Assembly (NCBI GenBank): GCA_041658185.1
Contig: JBBAAR010000002.1
Span: 143 to 64,142, forward strand
Length of the DNA: 64,000 nt
Direction: 5' to 3'
Source: Elusimicrobiota bacterium
Lineage (GTDB): Bacteria; Elusimicrobiota; UBA8919
Position numbering within the stretch: position 1 is the stretch's first letter
Content: more model-generated notes on this DNA
Database searches by the model: none
Seen by the model: only the letters and a program-made list of their open reading frames with translations
Told to the model about the DNA's origin: nothing
DNA letters: not shown here

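Noticed and set aside
8600-64000. Roughly 120 track ORFs of 60-166 aa on both strands between 8.6 and 64 kb
   Set aside because: None is in plus-strand frame 0. All lie inside the continuous giant reading frame as off-frame or antisense shadows, and their translations are low-complexity (for example Pro/Arg/Leu-rich) with no domain signatures.
9900-64000. Possibility of a CRISPR array or other nucleotide-level tandem repeat array
   Set aside because: The periodicity is 330-600 nt with diverged (70-85% identity) in-frame copies encoding protein modules. There are no short identical direct repeats with unique spacers.
8469-64000. The giant ORF as a pure assembly artefact of a collapsed or concatenated repeat
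   Set aside because: Copies are diverged rather than identical. The architecture is ordered (signal peptide, head, class-A array, class-B array, Big_1-like stretch, class-C array) rather than a random concatenation, and a single frame is maintained over 55 kb. This argues for a real gene, although long-read confirmation is still needed.

Overview
The first ~7 kb of the 64 kb window holds ordinary plus-strand genes. These are a 5'-truncated PilZ-domain gene, a UvrD/PcrA-type helicase, gatC, gatA, a GT-C (PMT/ArnT-like) membrane glycosyltransferase with a C-terminal TPR region, and a small NifU-like Fe-S protein. Next comes a ~1.5 kb unusual non-coding/low-complexity stretch. It contains a perfect consensus sigma70 promoter, a ~260 nt highly structured transcript, a doubtful small ORF whose 3' half is built from short tandem repeats, and an alternating purine/pyrimidine tract.

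From ~8.47 kb to the last base of the window, plus-strand frame 0 (codon starts divisible by 3) is one uninterrupted reading frame. It is open from the TAG at 8028-8030 and has no stop through position 64000. That is at least ~55.5 kb and ~18,500 codons, and the 3' end is incomplete. I translated it end to end.

The giant ORF encodes an N-terminal Sec-type signal peptide and a ~400 aa non-repetitive head, followed by four repeat regions:
- about 85-100 tandem ~125-aa Ig-like (BIg / Big_3_5-like) modules, with signature D-x-T/S-x-P...TISGTA-x-D...YW...W...A-x-D-x-AGN;
- about 37 tandem ~120-aa modules with a distinctive L-Q-x-L-V-P-G-E-T-A-V-P-G...G-K-T-G-x-P...T-A-G-x-P-F-x-V-T-V-N-A-x-D-x-x-W-N signature (Big_1/invasin-like flavour);
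- an irregular Big_1-like stretch;
- at least 8 ~200-aa modules carrying EF-hand-like D-x-[ND]-x-[ND]-G-x-[LF]-D loops.
Hierarchical internal segmental duplications are visible at the nucleotide level.

The six-frame track does not list this ORF because it has no in-window stop. All short ORFs listed between 8.6 and 64 kb are off-frame or antisense shadows. The giant gene (mega-adhesin/surface-fibre candidate) is the standout feature; its true start, its 3' end and its export/anchoring mode cannot be settled from this window.
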